A stretch of 64,000 nucleotides of DNA, taken from the NCBI GenBank assembly GCA_013239625.1, contig MU054117.1, positions 2,106,011-2,170,010 of the forward strand, in the 5' to 3' direction. Below are positions 24,811-37,430 of this stretch, in pieces. A program made the position numbers and the translations under genes. The first letter of the stretch is position 1; each line of letters opens with the position of its first letter. A model generated the notes under the pieces. That model saw nothing but the letters and a program-made list of their open reading frames with translations, was not told the origin of the DNA and did no database searches. This stretch comes from Lama guanicoe (taxonomy: Eukaryota).

Positions 24811-24915
24811 CTGGAAACCAGACCCCAGGCCCCCAGGGGCCGTGAGCAGCTGCAGGTCCCTGTGCCCTCCCTCGTCCCCTCCCCCCTCTGCGTATCCCTG
24901 GCGACCTAGACTTAC

Positions 24916-25015
24916 ACTCGTTCTCGAAGAGGTGGAACTGCATGCCCAGCAGGCCCACGGACTTGCAGAAGGTGTACGTGGCAGAGCTCTTCTTTTTGGG
25001 GCAAAGTTTGAGAAT
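24916..25015 (-). CDS. IQSEC3: IQSEC3 PH exon (about 10): [33 protein letters not shown](Y)
   Basis: gacag/gtaagt boundaries; 100 bp. Confidence 0.95.
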
Positions 25016-25249
25016 CTGTCCAAGAGAGGGAGACAGGCGTGTGCTGACAGGTGTGCGCTCACACAAACGTGCATGACACACCTGGAGGAGTGAACGCCCG
25101 GGGCTCTTGTGAACACAAGTAAACACATATATACACACGTGTACATATGTACACACACAATATCAAAATATGTTTTTTACTGCACAAAAACCTCCATTTT
25201 TGTGCACTTAGAGGCCAGTCCACACTTCCTGCCCTGGTTTGTATGCCCC

Positions 25250-25640
25250 ATCTGACCTGGTCCCTGCCTTACTCTGCCTTTATGTTCAGGCCGTGCTGTC
25301 CTTTCTGTAGCTAGAACAGGGCAGGCTCAGTCCCACCGCAGGGTCTTTGCACCTGCTGTTTCCTTCCACAACTGTCCCTTCTTGCAGCTTCTTGTATGGC
25401 TGGGTTACTGTCACTACTTAGATCTTAACTCAAATGCTGCCCCTTAGAGATTCCTTCCCTGACCATCCTATCTAACAAGCCAACAAAACCAAAAAAATCC
25501 ACCTTAACACCAGTTACTCCACCCGATCAGAGTGCTGGTGTCTTCACAGCACCTTCCCCCAGTTTGCAGTCCCCTTGTTAGTTTTCTGTATTTCCTATCT
25601 CCCTTCCCCACTGACATGAAAGGTCTGCTAGCAGTTGCTC
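25250..25640 (+). mobile_element. L2 LINE fragment
   Basis: cagggtctttgcacctgctgtttcct...gatcttaactcaaatg...agagattccttccctgacca typical of L2 3' region. Confidence 0.65.
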
Positions 25641-25788
25641 AACACAAATGTGTCCTTGGCACCTTCTGAGCTGGGCTCTGGGGACACAGGAGGGGGCACA
25701 GGAGAGGATGGAGGGAGCTCCGCCCTTGGGATGCTCAGATCCCCAGGGTGTAACTCAATGGATTAATCAATAACCCATAATAAGCATT

Positions 25789-25872
25789 AAAAAAAAAGAA
25801 GGAGGAGGAGGGGGAGGATGAGGAGGAGAAGGAGGAGGAGGAAGGGGAGGAAGAGGGGGAGGAGGAGGAGAA
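25789..25872 (+). repeat. Poly(A) + (GGA/GAG)n pure-purine tract
   Basis: about 84 nt of only A/G. Confidence 0.9.
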
Positions 25873-26755
25873 CTGGATATAAAAGGTAACTGCAGAAGCT
25901 GATATGTGTTTTGACGGTAAAGCAGGGTAAGGACTAGACCGTGAGTGGACAGGCCACCTGGGAGGTGGGCTGGGAGGGCGCTGGAGCCGAATGAGAGGGA
26001 GGGAGGGGGTTGTGCAAGGTCTGGGGAGCTTCTTAGCAGCAGAAGAGCAGCAAGATCAAGGCCTGGGGTGGACGGAGCCCAGCAGGGGAGGCAGCAGCTG
26101 GGGCAGGGGGCAGGCAGCAGGGGAGAGGCGTGGAGGGAGGTGCGGTCTGTGGGCGGGCGGGGCTGACTCCACTGCTCTGTGGATGTGGACCTCAGGTGGG
26201 GATGGTTAGATCTGGGACAGTTTTAGAGGGAGTGTGGGTATGACTCCTGGATGGAGAGGATGTTGGGTAGGAGGGAAAGAGACACCAGAGCCTGCTCACC
26301 ACTGCTTCCCGCACTTAGAACAATGCCTGGCATGTAGCTGACAGTCATTAAAAATGTGTTGAATGGATACCTGTGTTCAAAGAGCAAAGGACCCAAACCC
26401 CTCAGACGTGCACGTGGACAGACACACGCAGGCACACAGGCCAGCATCCCCTAGGACCAGGGACGGTGCGGGCCCCACTCAGGCCCACTGCGCTCTGGAC
26501 CCTCCCCGCCCCAGGTTTCCCATAATGAGGCAGTGGCAGATGCTCTGGGATCGAGTTCATTTCCACCCGGACTGGGTAACCGTGAGCAGATAACTTAACC
26601 TCTCTGTGCCTCGGCTTTCTGACTTACAGAGTAGGGATGGTCCCACCTGCCTGGGCTACCTCACACTGTACTTTATATGGGAAAGTCAGCCCCCAGGCAG
26701 ACAGCATTCGGGTACGGTCCCTGCGCCCCCAGCCCTCCCGGCGTCCCCCGCTCAC

Positions 26756-26881
26756 CACCAGCAGGTCGTTGAAGAGAAACACCTCTCTCTGATGCGCGGC
26801 CTGCTTCTGCAGCTTGTTCACGTCCGTCACCTCGAAGAGCCGGCTGCAGCAGACCAGGCGGCGGTGGGGCACCGACAGCAC
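26756..26881 (-). CDS. IQSEC3: IQSEC3 PH-domain exon (about 9): [42 protein letters not shown]
   Basis: cccag/gtgag boundaries; 126 bp; [13 protein letters not shown] motif. Confidence 0.96.
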
Positions 26882-28048
26882 CTGGGGGAGGCAGGGCGCT
26901 CAGCAGTGGGGTGGCTGCAGAGGTCGGCCCGCCCCCTCCCCCCCCCCCCTGCCTTCCAGGAGAGCGGGGCCGGCCCCGGGTGACCTAACCCCCCTCAGGT
27001 TGACCTAACCCTCCTCTCTCCTCCCCGGCTCTTTCCCCTTCTTCATGCTATTTAGGGAGCTGGGCTGGGCCAGAGGGGTTCGTGACACTGGAGGAAGTGA
27101 GGATGTGAGAGGAAACTGAGAAGAGCCTTGGACTGTTCACATCCGGTCACTGTGAACCCTCTTCCCTCCAAGGGCATCCCCACATCCTGGGCTGCTGCCC
27201 ACAGGACGGGTCGCGGCCCTCTTCTCTGCTGTACCCCTAAACCCAGTGTGCAAGAGGGAGGGGTCACGGGGACCCCGCAAGTCTGCTCCAGTGACACAAC
27301 CTGATCCGGGGGCATCTGCAAACCTGACAGAGGCTATGACCTCAGCACTACAGGCCCTGGGCAGAAGAGGCCACCCCCCCACGCCTGGGCGGAGGGGTCC
27401 AGCCGCAGGCGAGGCCCCCGAACTGCGCCCTGAGCTGGCAGTTTGGGGAGGAGGAGCTGGAGAGCAGAACCCTTATATTTATGATATAAAATGCCTCTGT
27501 GGACACAGGAACAGAGCAGTGACCCATGGAGAACGTTCCCTTAAAACCCACTGCAGACTCAGAACATCCTGCAAACTGCCACCCAGGCCACAACTCAGGG
27601 CCCCCCCAGTGGTCTGGGACCCCCCAGGCCAGAGCCTGCTTCAGCCTGTTCCCTGCCTTCTGCTCAGGAGGACCATCCAGGAAGCCCAGGACCCAGCCCA
27701 GCCCAAACCTCCCTGTCTGGCCATCAAGGTGCTTCCACCCTAGAGCACTGGACAGTCTTTCCCAATGTCTGACTGCAGTCTCTCCTGCTGCAGGAGCTGG
27801 TAGCGGGACAATGAGGAAACCAGGCAAGTGGAAGGAAGAGGGTGCAGAGCCCGGCACACAGCAGGCACTCAGTAACGGGAAGTGAGCAAGTAAGGGGGGA
27901 GTGTTCCTGAAAAGGGAGGGGGATGCCAGGAAGAAAGAAAGGGACAGAGATGGAGATGGGGGCGGGGGCGGGCCTCGGGGCCTCAGGGAGGGGAAGCCAC
28001 CCCTCTCCCCACTTCTGGGGTGAGCGCTGCCCCCTGGTGGGCACTTAC

Positions 28049-28188
28049 TGTCTTCATGCCCACAATGGACTTCTCCACCTTGGTGACGTACGTGACGTGG
28101 TCCTCGTTGGACCTGAGCTCCTTCTGCTGAATCCTCTCGTAGATGCCGACCACCAGCTCCCTGGGGATGTCGGCACCATCGTCCACAC
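28049..28188 (-). CDS. IQSEC3: IQSEC3 exon (about 8): [46 protein letters not shown]
   Basis: cacag/gtaagt boundaries; 140 bp; in phase. Confidence 0.96.
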
Positions 28189-29559
28189 CTGTGCACGTGG
28201 AGTGGGAAGGGGAGGGGTGTCAGGGGCCGGCAGCCAGAGAGGGCGGCCTTGATTCTGCCCTGACCCTGCTCCAAAGCCTTCAATGGCTGGCTCTCCATAC
28301 CCGCTAAATTAGGGACAAACTCCTTAGCCAGGCACCCGAGCTACCATAACACTGCCCAGCGCACACCCCCGGCCTCGCCTCCTGCCGTCCCAGACCCAGA
28401 GCCCCCACTCCCATCTCCCAGGCCTCCTGCCTCCTGTTCCTGCCTTCACTCCTGCCCTAGTTCTAGAACTCCTGTTCTAGTCTTAACAGTCCCCTGCCCC
28501 ACCCCTGCCCCTCCACCCCGTAGTGTCCTGTCTTCTCAGGCTCCCCACTCCCTTCCTGCAGGGAGCGTGGAGCCCCGTGATCACTTGTTGAATGGTGACA
28601 AGATCCTCCCGGACTGGGAGCACTGGTGGGGGGGGTGACACATTAAGCGAAGGCGAGCAGGGCGGCCCCGTGGTGGCGGTGCCCACTCACAGCGACGACC
28701 AGACTCCGGTGACAAAGAAGAGTCACAGGAAGCATACCAATGTGAAAACAACTTTCCCCAGGAGGTAGGCACAGAGGCAGTTTTTAAAAAAGTCTTCTTT
28801 CTACGTCTTTCTTGAATGATTATACACTTCTCTCTTTTTTTTTTAAGAGGGAAAAATTAAAAATAAAACATCTTGGGCAACTGCTCCCAAAAGAGTTTTC
28901 CTAAGGGCTGGGGGATAGTACACCTTCTGTGAGCGACTCTCTGTCTCGACTCTGTCTCCTCCACGTCTGAGCTTGGTGCTGACGGTCGGGCACAGGAGCC
29001 ACTCGGCACCTGGGGGCCTGGAAGAAGCCAGGCTGGGGCCAGAAGGAGCAGGGCAGGGACTGAACACACAGGCTTTCGGGTAGAGGTGGCAGATTGCCCA
29101 CCTCTGCTCCTTCTGAATGCCCTGGAAGAAGGATTTTTTTTTTTAAAGCAGTGACAGGGGAAGAGGCAGTGGCACCAGGGGGCCAGAAAGTGGGTGAGTA
29201 AGCCTGTGGACCAGCAAGTCTGAGAAAGCAGAAGCGGAAGCCGGAGGGAGGTTAGAAGGCTCAGAACCACCAAAGGGCTCTGGAGTTGGTGGAACCCCTG
29301 GAGGTGGAGATGAAGGTGGGCTGGAAACAGGGAAGTCGGTTGAAAATCCCTTTAGAAAGCGGTTAGACACCTCTATCCTCTCGCCCGCACCCAGCCTTCT
29401 GACGGAGGGTGCATCCTCCAGAAGAGGTGAGCCAGGAGCCCTGGGCTGGGGAACCTGAGCCCAGCCCACGTGGGAGTCTGTGCCGAAAACTAAGGGATGG
29501 AGTTGATGTCTACATATCAGGAGGCCCCCTCAACCCCTTTCCCCACAAAGATCTCAGAA

Positions 29560-30620
29560 TGTTGGCAGCCAGACTCGTACCCTCTGGGCAGCAGATTGGA
29601 CATTTCTTCTTTGAGGGATCAACCAGCTCAGGAGGAAATACCTAAAGATACTGCAGCCGGGCCTCCCTCCATGAGAACACCCACCAGCCCGCCGCCCCCC
29701 ACACACTCAGAGCTTTAATCAGCCGTTCAGTGGCTCACGCTTAAGTATCAACAGACAACCAAGCCTCACCAGCCATCCACGGAAAGTCTAACCCTGAAAG
29801 CACGGGGAAAGCGGGGAAAGGGACTTAGGAGAAATAGCGGCGTGGAGGGAGAAGCTGAAAAAAAACAAACAGGTGGAAGCGTGCTGTTCGCATCTTCAGA
29901 GATAGCTAAGGGGATATTGCAGCTACAAAGCAGGAACAAAATGCTGTAAGAAAGAGACATTCAGAGAGCCAAAACAGAGTTCCTGAAAGTGAAAACTATG
30001 CCAGCAGAAGTGAAAGACTTAGCTGGAAACTTGAAAGGTAAAACTGAAGCACATCTTTAAGAAAGTCCCACAAGAAGACACAGGTGGCAGAGAGCGAGCT
30101 ATAAAGATCAGAGGCTCAGACTAGGAGGTCTAACATCTGGATAACAGGAGCCCCAGAGAGCGAGGTCAGAGAAAATGCGGACGGAAAATGATCAAGTACA
30201 ATATTTAAGAAGAGTTCCCACAACAGGAGCACGCGTGTTCCTAGACTGAGAGGAAGAGGCCAGTACCCAGCACAACGGATGAAAAAAGAACCGTAACAAG
30301 CACATCACGCAGAAAGTTCCGAGCACAAAGGACAAACGGAAGAACCTAAAAAGTTCAGAGAGAGTGAAAACGCCAAATACGCCAGCGGTCAGCACCGACA
30401 GCTAAAAGACAACAGAGCGACGCCTGCAAGATTCTGAGTTCAGTGTTTCCAACCGGGAACTCTGCTCCAGCCAAACTCAGTCAAGAGTGAAGACTGAAAA
30501 AGACATGTCCAGACTTGCAGACTCCTGAAGAGTTTGCCTCCAGTTTACCTTTCCTCTGGAAGTAAACTGAAAACAAGGAAGCAATGACATCCAGGAAACC
30601 TGAACCGACACATGAGTTAG
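29560..30620 (+). mobile_element. Old L1M fragment (ORF1 region)
   Basis: A-rich; aggtctaacatctggataacaggagccccagag and agaattc-like motifs of L1ME ORF1; multiple stops. Confidence 0.6.
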
Positions 30621-31035
30621 GAGAGGACTTGGCTGGTGAATAAATGCCAGAAAGTTACCCAAGGCCGACCCAACCAGACCCAAGACCTAAAGTCATGGCT
30701 CTCCTCTCCTAAGTCATGGAGTCGGAAGGGCCAGTGCTGCGCAGGCACCAGCCATGCTGCCAGGGGCCTGGAGGTCCCCCAGGGGAGGACATTCTGCAGA
30801 GGACAAGGGACATCAGCCAAGGGCCCTTGCTACTGGCTGTCGGGCTGTGGCAGTGGCTCCTGGAGACTCCACGGATGCCTGGCATGCAGACCACTTCCCC
30901 GGGCTGCTACGGTGACCAGGCCCAGAGAGCAGCGCCCAGTGCCCTTGGCCATCAGGGTGGCCGTCCACAATCTCCCAGGGAGAACCCCAGCGCCCGCCCC
31001 TACGCCGCAGGTTGCGGAGGAAGCCCGCCCCCTAC

Positions 31036-31202
31036 CCCGCAGGTTGCGGATGAAGTCCTCCAGCAGCATCTTCCGGTCGGGCTTGATGTTGGGGCTGTAC
31101 ATGTCGGTGTTGAGCAGGATGACGGCGAAGGCCAGGATGAAGATGGTGTCGGGGTTGTGGAACTGCTGCACCTCCTCAGGGTTGCACATGCAGTAGCGCT
31201 GG
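31036..31202 (-). CDS. IQSEC3: IQSEC3 Sec7 exon (about 7): [55 protein letters not shown](G)
   Basis: cgcag/gtagg boundaries; 167 bp; Sec7 motif ILLNTDMYS. Confidence 0.96.
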
Positions 31203-31676
31203 CTGCGGGGGGACGTGGTGTGGGTGACGCGGGGCCCCACCCGCCCTGAGCTCCAGCAGTGCGGGGCATCCGGGGAGTCTGCTTCTCCCAGGGCTCTGGC
31301 CCAGGGAGGCTCTGTCTCAACCTGTTGATCGCTGTCTGCCTGGTACCCTGATCCGCGTCCCCACCAAGGGACGAGGCAAGTGTCACCCACCCATGGACCC
31401 CCCAACACCCCCACCCCCAGGTGTCAGCCTCACACAGATGCTCGGGAAAGCTGTGTTGGCCGAGGGGACAAGTGAGGTGCCAGCAGGTCACCTGGAGGCC
31501 TGGTGCTGCTCCCTCCCGCTTAGAGAGCCCGAGGGTTCTGCCCCTCTTCTTTCCTTCCCTCCTGCCTCCCCAGCCCCTCCTGTCCCCCAGGCTCCCAGCA
31601 GCCCTGCTCCCCCCACCCCACCCTCCCCCATGCCTAGGCATGTGTGACAGGGGTGGGGCTGGGGAAGGGGTCCCAC

Positions 31677-31799
31677 CTGAAGGCCTCTATGAGCCGCTCC
31701 ACCTTCTGGGCCTCGCCCTGCACGCGGATGTGCGCCTGGAACTTCCGCAGAGCTTCGTCCAGCTCCATGGCAGAGAAGTCCATCTCATCCACCACGCAG
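31677..31799 (-). CDS. IQSEC3: IQSEC3 Sec7 exon (about 6) with catalytic glutamic finger: [40 protein letters not shown](S)
   Basis: ctcag/gtggg boundaries; 123 bp; Sec7 motif QGEAQKVER. Confidence 0.96.
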
Positions 31800-33549
31800 C
31801 TGAGGGCAGGAGGGGAGGGGGTCGTGAGGGGGTGGGCCTCCTCGCCCACTAGAGCTGAAGAGGGAGGCACAGCCCACCCGCTCGCTGGAAACCCTCGCCC
31901 TGGTGGGGAGGAGGGACCTGGTCCCTGTGACCAACTGGGAGGGGACTTACCACCCCCCAGGCTCTCCCGTAGCCCAGGGGCCCTCCTTACCCGTCCCCTC
32001 ACCTGACACACAGCCCTGTGAGAGTGGGCTAAGGGTCTCCCTCCCCCAGCAGAGAAGCTGGGGCCCAGCAGCAGCTGGCTGTCCACCTCCCGCCTCCAAA
32101 CCCCAAGGCCTTTTCTCTCAACCCCACAGAGTACAGAGTCAGAGGCTTAAATGGTGAACAAACACAGTTTCTCCTCTGTCCTCTCGAAGGCCTGTCGAGG
32201 CCCGGCTCTCTCCCTGGCTTCCAGCCACCATTTGGGAGTCTCCTCTTATGCCGTCCCTCCCAGGTCTGAGGGTCCGCAGCCAAGGAAAGCCCGCTCTTAG
32301 GTAAGTGACAAGTCGGCTTAATGTGGGGGGACAGTGTGACAAATGTGGCCAGATTCTGGGCCTGGGCCAACCACTGAAGTTTTGTGACTTCAGACTCACC
32401 TCTTGGAACCTCAGTTTCTTCTTCTGAGAAAGGAGGGTCAGAGTCCTATTGCCCAAGGACCCTTCCACCTCTGAAATGCCACCTCTGACCCTGGAGAGTT
32501 TGCCTCTGAATGTCCCCGTTCAGTGCATGGAGGGGGACACGTGCCAAGCACCCTCACCAGGCAGTCTCACTCCCCTGGCTCGGCCTGCTCCTGGGCCCTC
32601 CCTTTCTGGGGTCTAGTGACCAGTGTCCCCAGGGCCGTGAGCAGCGAGACAGGAATCTGAGTCCCTGAGAAGCAGCAGGCCGGACAAACCCTGAGGGCCG
32701 CAGAGGCTCACACGTGGAGCTGACGTCTCCCTTTCCGCACCCATGGGCTGTGCACTCTCCTCCCTCCTGGTCCCCCCCGCCCACCACGCACTGCCCTCTT
32801 TCTGCTCCTACAGCCCTCGGCGCGTGCCACCAGAGTCACAGCCTGCAACCGCTGCCCACCTGCCCCGCCTGCAGAGTGCGGCTCAGTGCCCAGCACGCCC
32901 GGGACTCAGGAGACGCGAGCCAGTGGTGGGCGAGTGGAGGCACGCGCCCTGAGCAGGCCCCTCCCGCTCGGTGATCCTGGCTCCATGGTCAGATTCTAGG
33001 AGAAAGCAAGGAGCCCCGTGGTGGTGGTCAGGGGCCTGGTGGTCAGTGGCTGTGCCTCCTCCACTGCTCTCGAGGGATCAAGGGAAAGCAGGCCTCACAA
33101 GGCCGCCTGGCAAGGGCAGGGCAGGGAGGGAGGGGCTTGCTTCTTCCTCCCCACGGGCAGGGCAGATGGCCACCTGCAGTCTGGGAGCCACGCTCGGCTT
33201 GGTCAAACCCAGCCTTCTCTCAGGCTGTCAGCCTGGGGTGGGTGCGGAGAGGGTAGGAGTGGAGATAAAGATCTGGTCCAACAATGAGAACTGGCCGCGT
33301 CTGGCATCTGAGATGGACAACAGGCCCGGCCAGGGGAGAGGCCACTCTCACTTCCCAGCAGCTGTTGCCCCTCCTCCCTGAGCCACGCCCAGGTGAAGGG
33401 AAGGGGGGCTCTGACAGCAGTGCCATGGGGCCCACACCTGTGTCCCCAGCCTAGCCCAGCATGATTGAGCCGGACGGTGATGCTATTGGGAGGAGGCAGA
33501 CCGGGGCGGCCAGGGAGCAAGAGGGCTGGGAGCCAAAGCCGGGGAGGCA

Positions 33550-33665
33550 AGGAGAGAGAGACAGAGACACAGAGACAGTGAGAGACACGGGGAGAGAGAC
33601 AGAACAAGAGAAACAGAAAGAGCAGAGAGAGGGCAAGACAGACAGAAGGCAGGAGAGAGGAGGGG
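33550..33665 (+). repeat. GA/GACA-rich low-complexity repeat
   Basis: gagagagagacagagacacagagacag... directly visible. Confidence 0.8.
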
Positions 33666-36049
33666 GAGGAGTCACGGCAGGCTGGGCTGGTGGGCCTGCG
33701 CGCAGAGTGGCCCCTGGGCGGCCTCTCATCCTAGAGACCTCCCCCAGTTCTCACAAGGCCAAGGGGGAGGCAGTGCGCCCTAGCCCGGCCAGCCCTGGCA
33801 CAGAGATCTGGCGCCCAGGAGGACCCTAGAATGGCCCTGAGCCCCCTGGTCTGGTGTCCAGCTGCTGCCCAGGGCTTGGCCCTGTCAGTCCGTCTATCCC
33901 ACCCACTACCTGGCCCCTGCCTGACCCTGAGCCCTGTGGTCCTGGCGCCCTGTGTCCTTCATCTGAGTCCTTCCCAGAGTCTGTCCAGGGACCATCTCCC
34001 TCATGCTCTGGTGCGGGGCTGACCCCACAATGAGGGGGTGGGCGCCGGAGGCCTGGGCACTGGGTGAGGTGGCAGAAGGCGACTGCGTGGCGGCTGGGGG
34101 AGGGCGGATGCGCCCAGCCAAGCACAGCGGCCTACTTTCCAGCCCTCCACTCAGGTGACGTGGCCGCTCACCACTCGGGGCTGCAGCTAAAAGCTCCAGT
34201 AATGAGCCTGGAGCCCAAGAATCCAGGACCAGGACGGGAGACTCAGCCAGGTGGAAATGCCAGCCCCGAGCCAGGAGCGTGATCATTCATTCACAGCTGG
34301 GGTGGGGAGGCCTGCGGGGGTGGACACTGGGGCTGCGGGCTGGAGCGGCAACACCCCATATCCCAGAGGAGCCCGCCGCAAGGCAGCTGGTTAAAACGCA
34401 GAGCCCTGGGCCCTGCCCCAGCTCTACCAACCAGGCGGCTTGGTGGAGGGACCTGGGGACCAGCATCCCTCAAACGCTCCTCTGGTGCAGCTGGGCCCAG
34501 TGCAAGGTTGGGGTGGGCTGGGGGCGGAGTTCAGCCCACGTGGAGGCTTTTAAAATGTGAGTCCAGCAGCTCACGGAGCATGTGTGTCCCCACTGCTCTC
34601 GGGGGCTGCTTTTGTGGTGGGGGTGGTGAGGATGGGAGAGCGGGATGGAGGCAGAGATGGAGGCAGCCCCTACCCCTGCAACACACACACACACACGTAT
34701 GTCCTGCCTTCCACGGGCATCGGTGTTTGATGGGCAGGTGCTCCGAGGTTGGCAGAGCTTAGAGGGTTTCTGCAAACCCCTCAGAAGCTGTGTTGAGAGG
34801 TGGAAAGGCTACCGCCTGCCCCAAGGAGACAAATGGCTCCCTCTCTGTAGAGCTGGGGGTTGGGCCAGGTGACCTCTCGGGCCCCCAGCAACACCCACCT
34901 TGACATTCTCTGAGGAGGACCCAGGAGCAGAGAGGGCCCACAGTCAGCTCCAGGCTCTGCGGATGTTCCCGGACAGTGGGGCACAACAGCATCATTTGGG
35001 GCTGGCTTTGGGGTACAGCTCAGGGTGACAGGCTGCTCCTCCACTCCTCCTGGGGTGCCCTCCCAGTGGGGCCTGTGCCTCCTGGAGCAGGGGGCTGGGC
35101 TGAGGCTGTGCCCCAGGGGACCCCTACCGCAGGGTGGGCTCCACCACCCTGGAATCACTCACAGTCCTCGCCCCTTCCCACAGCATGCTTTTCTGTTCCT
35201 TCGTAAGTGAGTGCCAGCCTGCGCCTGACCTTGTCCATCTGTCTCTACGCTTCCCTCCCTCCCCCATTCCCCTCTATGTTTCAGAATCTGCTCACACTTA
35301 AAATCTCCCCTCCCTTCCTCTTTGTCACCCTGGAATCCTGCTGGGAGCCGACTGTCTGATGGTTCTGCAGATCCCTCCTGCTGCCGCAACAGCACAGCCA
35401 GCAAACCGCTCTCCTCTCATCATCTCTAAGGTGAAAGAGTCACACGCTTCTGGGGGTTGTTTCTGGTGTATGTGTTACTCCCCATTTTACAGAAGGCAAA
35501 ACTGAGACCACAAAGGGGCTTGCCCGGTGCTCCCACAGCTAGGAAGACCCTCCCCACTTCAGCGGGGGTCCTGACACCAGTGGGGCACCCCATCTGCACT
35601 CTCCTTTACTGCGTGTTGGTCTCAGGGCTTCGCTAAGTGCACAATGACTTCATCTTCTCAGTCCTGTGCGATATTAACCATTATCCTGTTATTTTTTATT
35701 ATACGAGGAAACTGAAGCTCACAAGAGAGCTGGCCCCGCGGGGGGCTGCACACGTCGCATTCATGGCACACGCCCTCTCCAGGGCTGGTGCTAACGTGTC
35801 TCTCCTCAGCCAGGTCCCTGGGGGGACCTGTACGGGGCCAAGACGGGGCACGCGCACACATCACACAGTCCCAGGCAAGGGGCCACTTCGCTGGCAGCAG
35901 TCACAGCCGCCTGTGGACACCCTGCAGTTTCTGAGCTGGCCTGGCCACAGAGCCCACAGCAGGGGACCAGATCCCTGCCCCACTTCTGCTTCCTGAAGCT
36001 TTCTCTGGCCCCCAGCAGCTTGCTTGCCCTTCTCTCCTCCTCCCTCCCT

Positions 36050-37430
36050 GTACTGAGTGCCTCCTGTGCACGTGGCACTGTGCTCGGGACCTCGAGTAAG
36101 TGGCAAACAACACAAACACAGATCCTGTCCCAGTGAGAGAGGCAGACACTAAATGCGGAGCTAAAAGTAATTACTTCCTTATCATTGTGACAAGTCCTGT
36201 GTAGGGAAAGGACAGGGTTTCGTGAGAGGATGAAGGAGACATACTTTATATCGGTGTGTCCAGAAATGCCTCTTGGGGATGTGACATTTGAGCAGAGACC
36301 TGAAAGATGAGTAGGGGCTGACCAAGGGACGGGGAGGAGCAGAAGGGGGTTCGGGAAGAGCACATGCCAAGGCCCTGTGGTAGGAAAGAACGTCCAAGGG
36401 CCAGAAAGGGCCAGCAAGGCTACAATGGATGCAGAGAGTGAGGGCTTTCTCCTGAATGCAGTGGGAAACAGTAGAAGGGTGTGGTCAGAGGAGTGATGTG
36501 ACCCAGTTTGTTTTAAGGAGATTTCTCTGGGTGTGGGGGAGGATGAATGAAAAAGGAAGGGCAGGGAGCAAGGGTGAGGCAGGGGGCCTAGTTAGGAGGC
36601 ACCTGTAGAGGTCCCAGCTCGAGAGGATGGGCCTCAGGCTAAGTTGGAGACCAACTGAAGGGACAACCTGAGATACATCCGAGAGGAGGAACTGATGGAC
36701 GAGGTGACGGCAGGAATGTGGGCGGTGATGAGGAAAAGGAGTCAGCGACGGGTCTCAGAGCTCAGGCTGGAGCTCCTGGGGCCTGGTGGCACTAGTTTTT
36801 GAGATGGGTCCTTGACGGGTGGACACATATGCTGGAGGAGAGATCGAGACTTCAGTTTTGGACACATGACGTTTGAGATGTTCCTTCATATTAATTCAAT
36901 ATCTACTCAATCACGGTCTTTAGCACCCAAAGCCTTGCCTTTTCTATTTACAAATTAGAGCCCAGCCTTGACCCTTCTTTGCTCTCTCCTCACTGGCTCT
37001 TTACTCTGCTGTCTTTGGAGCCAGACTTCTAGAACTCCTCATGCCATCTCCACATCCTCAATCCCATTCACTTTTCAACCTGGTCCAGCCAAGCATCCAC
37101 CCCGGCATTCCATTAATACGTCCCCAGTCAAGACCACTGCCGGCCGCCATGTTGCCAAGTTCAAGGCACCAGCTTCCATCTCATCCCACCAGCCTCTTGG
37201 CAGCATCTCCCTTGCTCCCGTCCCATCGCCCACCTCTGGGTTGACACTTCCCTCTGGGGGCACCCCTCCTCCATCGCAGGCCCTCCTCCTCGTCCTCCTC
37301 CACCTGACTCTAACTTAGGGCGGGCCACCGGTCCCTTCCCCTGTCCACAGCCTCTCCTTAGGGGGCCTTATCCACTCCGATGGCTCTGAAGGGCACCGCA
37401 GGTGACAACTCCTAAGTGTTTATCTCTTGC
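36050..37430. mobile_element. L2 LINE fragments (antisense about 36050-36890, sense about 36950-37430)
   Basis: gtgacatttgagcagagacctgaa, ccagtttgttttaag, gacttcagttttggacacatgacgtttgagatg are L2 hallmarks. Confidence 0.7.

Noticed and set aside
24551..25156. 201-aa ORF running through two PH exons and their 105-nt intron
   Set aside because: Explained by two real exons joined by an in-frame GC-rich intron; retention would insert 35 aa into the PH fold, and both splice sites are strong
26981..27011. Duplicated tgacctaaccc (AGGTCA half-sites) upstream of the exon 9 acceptor
   Set aside because: Short 20-bp-period duplication; spacing matches no standard nuclear-receptor direct repeat; no other support
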